DNA from: Clostridia bacterium
GTDB lineage: Bacteria; Bacillota; Clostridia; TANB77; CAG-508
Direction: 5' to 3'
Length of the DNA stretch: 64,000 nucleotides
Assembly: GCA_017469445.1 (NCBI GenBank)
Contig: JAFUGK010000008.1
Coordinates: forward strand, 1,291 to 65,290
Position 1 is the stretch's first letter; each line of letters begins with the position of its first letter. Both the position numbers and the translations under genes were made by a program. Shown in pieces: positions 62,814-64,000 of the stretch. The notes under the pieces are model-generated. The model saw nothing but the letters and a program-made list of their open reading frames with translations, was not told the origin of the DNA and ran no database searches.

Positions 62814-62917
62814 GGACTCACCAAGCCGCGTCGGTAAAACAGCCCACTGGACTGTTTTAGCCTTCGTCTAGAATTTGCTCTGCAAATTCTACACTCGGCA
62901 ACCTCCTTTTCGAGTCC
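62814..62917. repeat. Structured element with tRNA T-arm-like ends
   Basis: GGACTC..GAGTCC closing stem, AAAACAG-CCCACTGGA-CTGTTTT and TAGAATTTGC-TCT-GCAAATTCTA hairpins. Confidence 0.65.
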
Positions 62918-62932
62918 TCCTATTTTAAAATC

Positions 62933-62972
62933 AAATAAAAAGAACTCATTTAAAAATGAGTTCTTTTTATTT
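62933..62972. terminator. Intrinsic terminator
   Basis: AAATAAAAAGAACTCATTT..AAATGAGTTCTTTTTATTT. Confidence 0.7.
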
Positions 62973-63068
62973 GGCTCGTTTAGCACTTCCGTGTGCGAAA
63001 AATACAAGCTCTTATTTATAATTATATTTTATGTTTGATTCTATGGTTATAATTTAACATAACTTTAA

Positions 63069-64000
63069 TTAATTTGCAATAGTTTTTTTAGGAATAATTT
63101 CATTTTCCCATATTTTTAACTCTTTAATATAATCTTCACCATCAAGATAGGCTTTCAAATGGGTATTATCCAATATATTAAGTAGTATTAAAATACTTCT
63201 AGCTGTCTTTATTTTTTCATCACGAGAAATAAAATCATAGAAATCCAAACTTCTTGTTTCATCAAATGTATGACTCTCATTATTTAAAATTAGTCTATAC
63301 ATAAAATTCTCAAAATACTGCTTAATATCTTCGTTTTCAACTTTCTCTAAAATATTTTTATTCCTTGTAACTTCTTCTATTCCTTTATTATAATTGAAAG
63401 TAGAATATGCTTCTAGTAATTTTCTCATTGTATTGCCTATCGTATCGTCTAACTCATTTTCTATTTTATCATCCTCTATTTTTGCATATTTATATATATC
63501 TTCTAACATCTTTTTATAATCGTTTCTTCTTTTATATGCAAAATCTTCTAATTTAGAATTTTTTAATTCTAAAAGGCAATATGTTATATTAAGATTTATT
63601 TTTATATCAGAACATATTTTTTCAAGATTAAACATTGTTTCTAAACTATGGGTAAAACTTATTATCTTACTTCCTTCATTATTATTCATGATTTTATTAA
63701 ACATCATTCTAAGAAAAGTAAAAAGCCCAACTTTGTTTTCCATATCAAAACTAGATATAGGATCATCTAATACAATAAATATTTCTTCTTTAAATTCATT
63801 TATTTCACTGGTATTTTCCAATATTTTCACAAAGAAATAACATAATGCAATAATATTTCTCTCTCCTGTTGATAAATCTTTAGGTCTTATATCCTTATTA
63901 TGTGATTTAACTAAATATATTTTTTTATTTACATCATATTCAATTCTTAATCTATTTTTTGACATAAAAATATATTCCAAAAAAATATTAATCTTATCAT
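63069..64000 (-). CDS. AAA_13/RloC-like ABC ATPase with C-terminal HEPN-like domain, 3' part (open to window edge)
   Basis: Signature LSTGE, Walker B/D-loop IVLDDPISSFD, H-loop FTH, N.MRKLLEAY and NNESH. Confidence 0.75.
   Translation of the reverse strand, partial: DKINIFLEYIFMSKNRLRIEYDVNKKIYLVKSHNKDIRPKDLSTGERNIIALCYFFVKILENTSEINEFKEEIFIVLDDPISSFDMENKVGLFTFLRMMFNKIMNNNEGSKIISFTHSLETMFNLEKICSDIKINLNITYCLLELKNSKLEDFAYKRRNDYKKMLEDIYKYAKIEDDKIENELDDTIGNTMRKLLEAYSTFNYNKGIEEVTRNKNILEKVENEDIKQYFENFMYRLILNNESHTFDETRSLDFYDFISRDEKIKTARSILILLNILDNTHLKAYLDGEDYIKELKIWENEIIPKKTIAN

Noticed and set aside
62801-63007. 68-aa ORF on the minus strand
   Set aside because: Spans a terminator and the structured element; likely spurious

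Overview
Low-GC (AT-rich) chromosomal segment of a spore-forming Clostridia-type Firmicute. It is mostly housekeeping: tsaE/tsaB/rimI, Lon-like protease, ftsH, alr, FemAB, metG, thyA-dfr, three tRNAs, rqcH, ligA, pgsA, addA, spoIIAA/AB-sigF-spoIID-spoIIQ, tgt/queA, ppdK, pdaA, a complete agrACBD quorum-sensing locus with an unannotated agrD, hup, rluB/rluD/lspA, and the 3' part of a RloC-like ATPase. The most interesting signals are: (1) a five-gene operon of unknowns (4571-9137) whose two large proteins carry toxin-like domains (HExxH zincin; two ADP-ribosyltransferase-like motif sets) and share a C-terminal motif, with an A7 slip site that would fuse a second shared domain; (2) an orphan VirD4/TraG-like coupling ATPase convergent with a Replic_Relax-like protein, embedded among core genes with no other conjugation genes, possibly a domesticated export system; (3) several families of structured intergenic elements, two of them present as diverged pairs with compensatory base changes; (4) an aberrant tRNA-Phe whose T-arm resembles the end of one such element; (5) a candidate promoter-to-terminator small RNA. 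Family assignments come from motif recognition only; no database searches were run.
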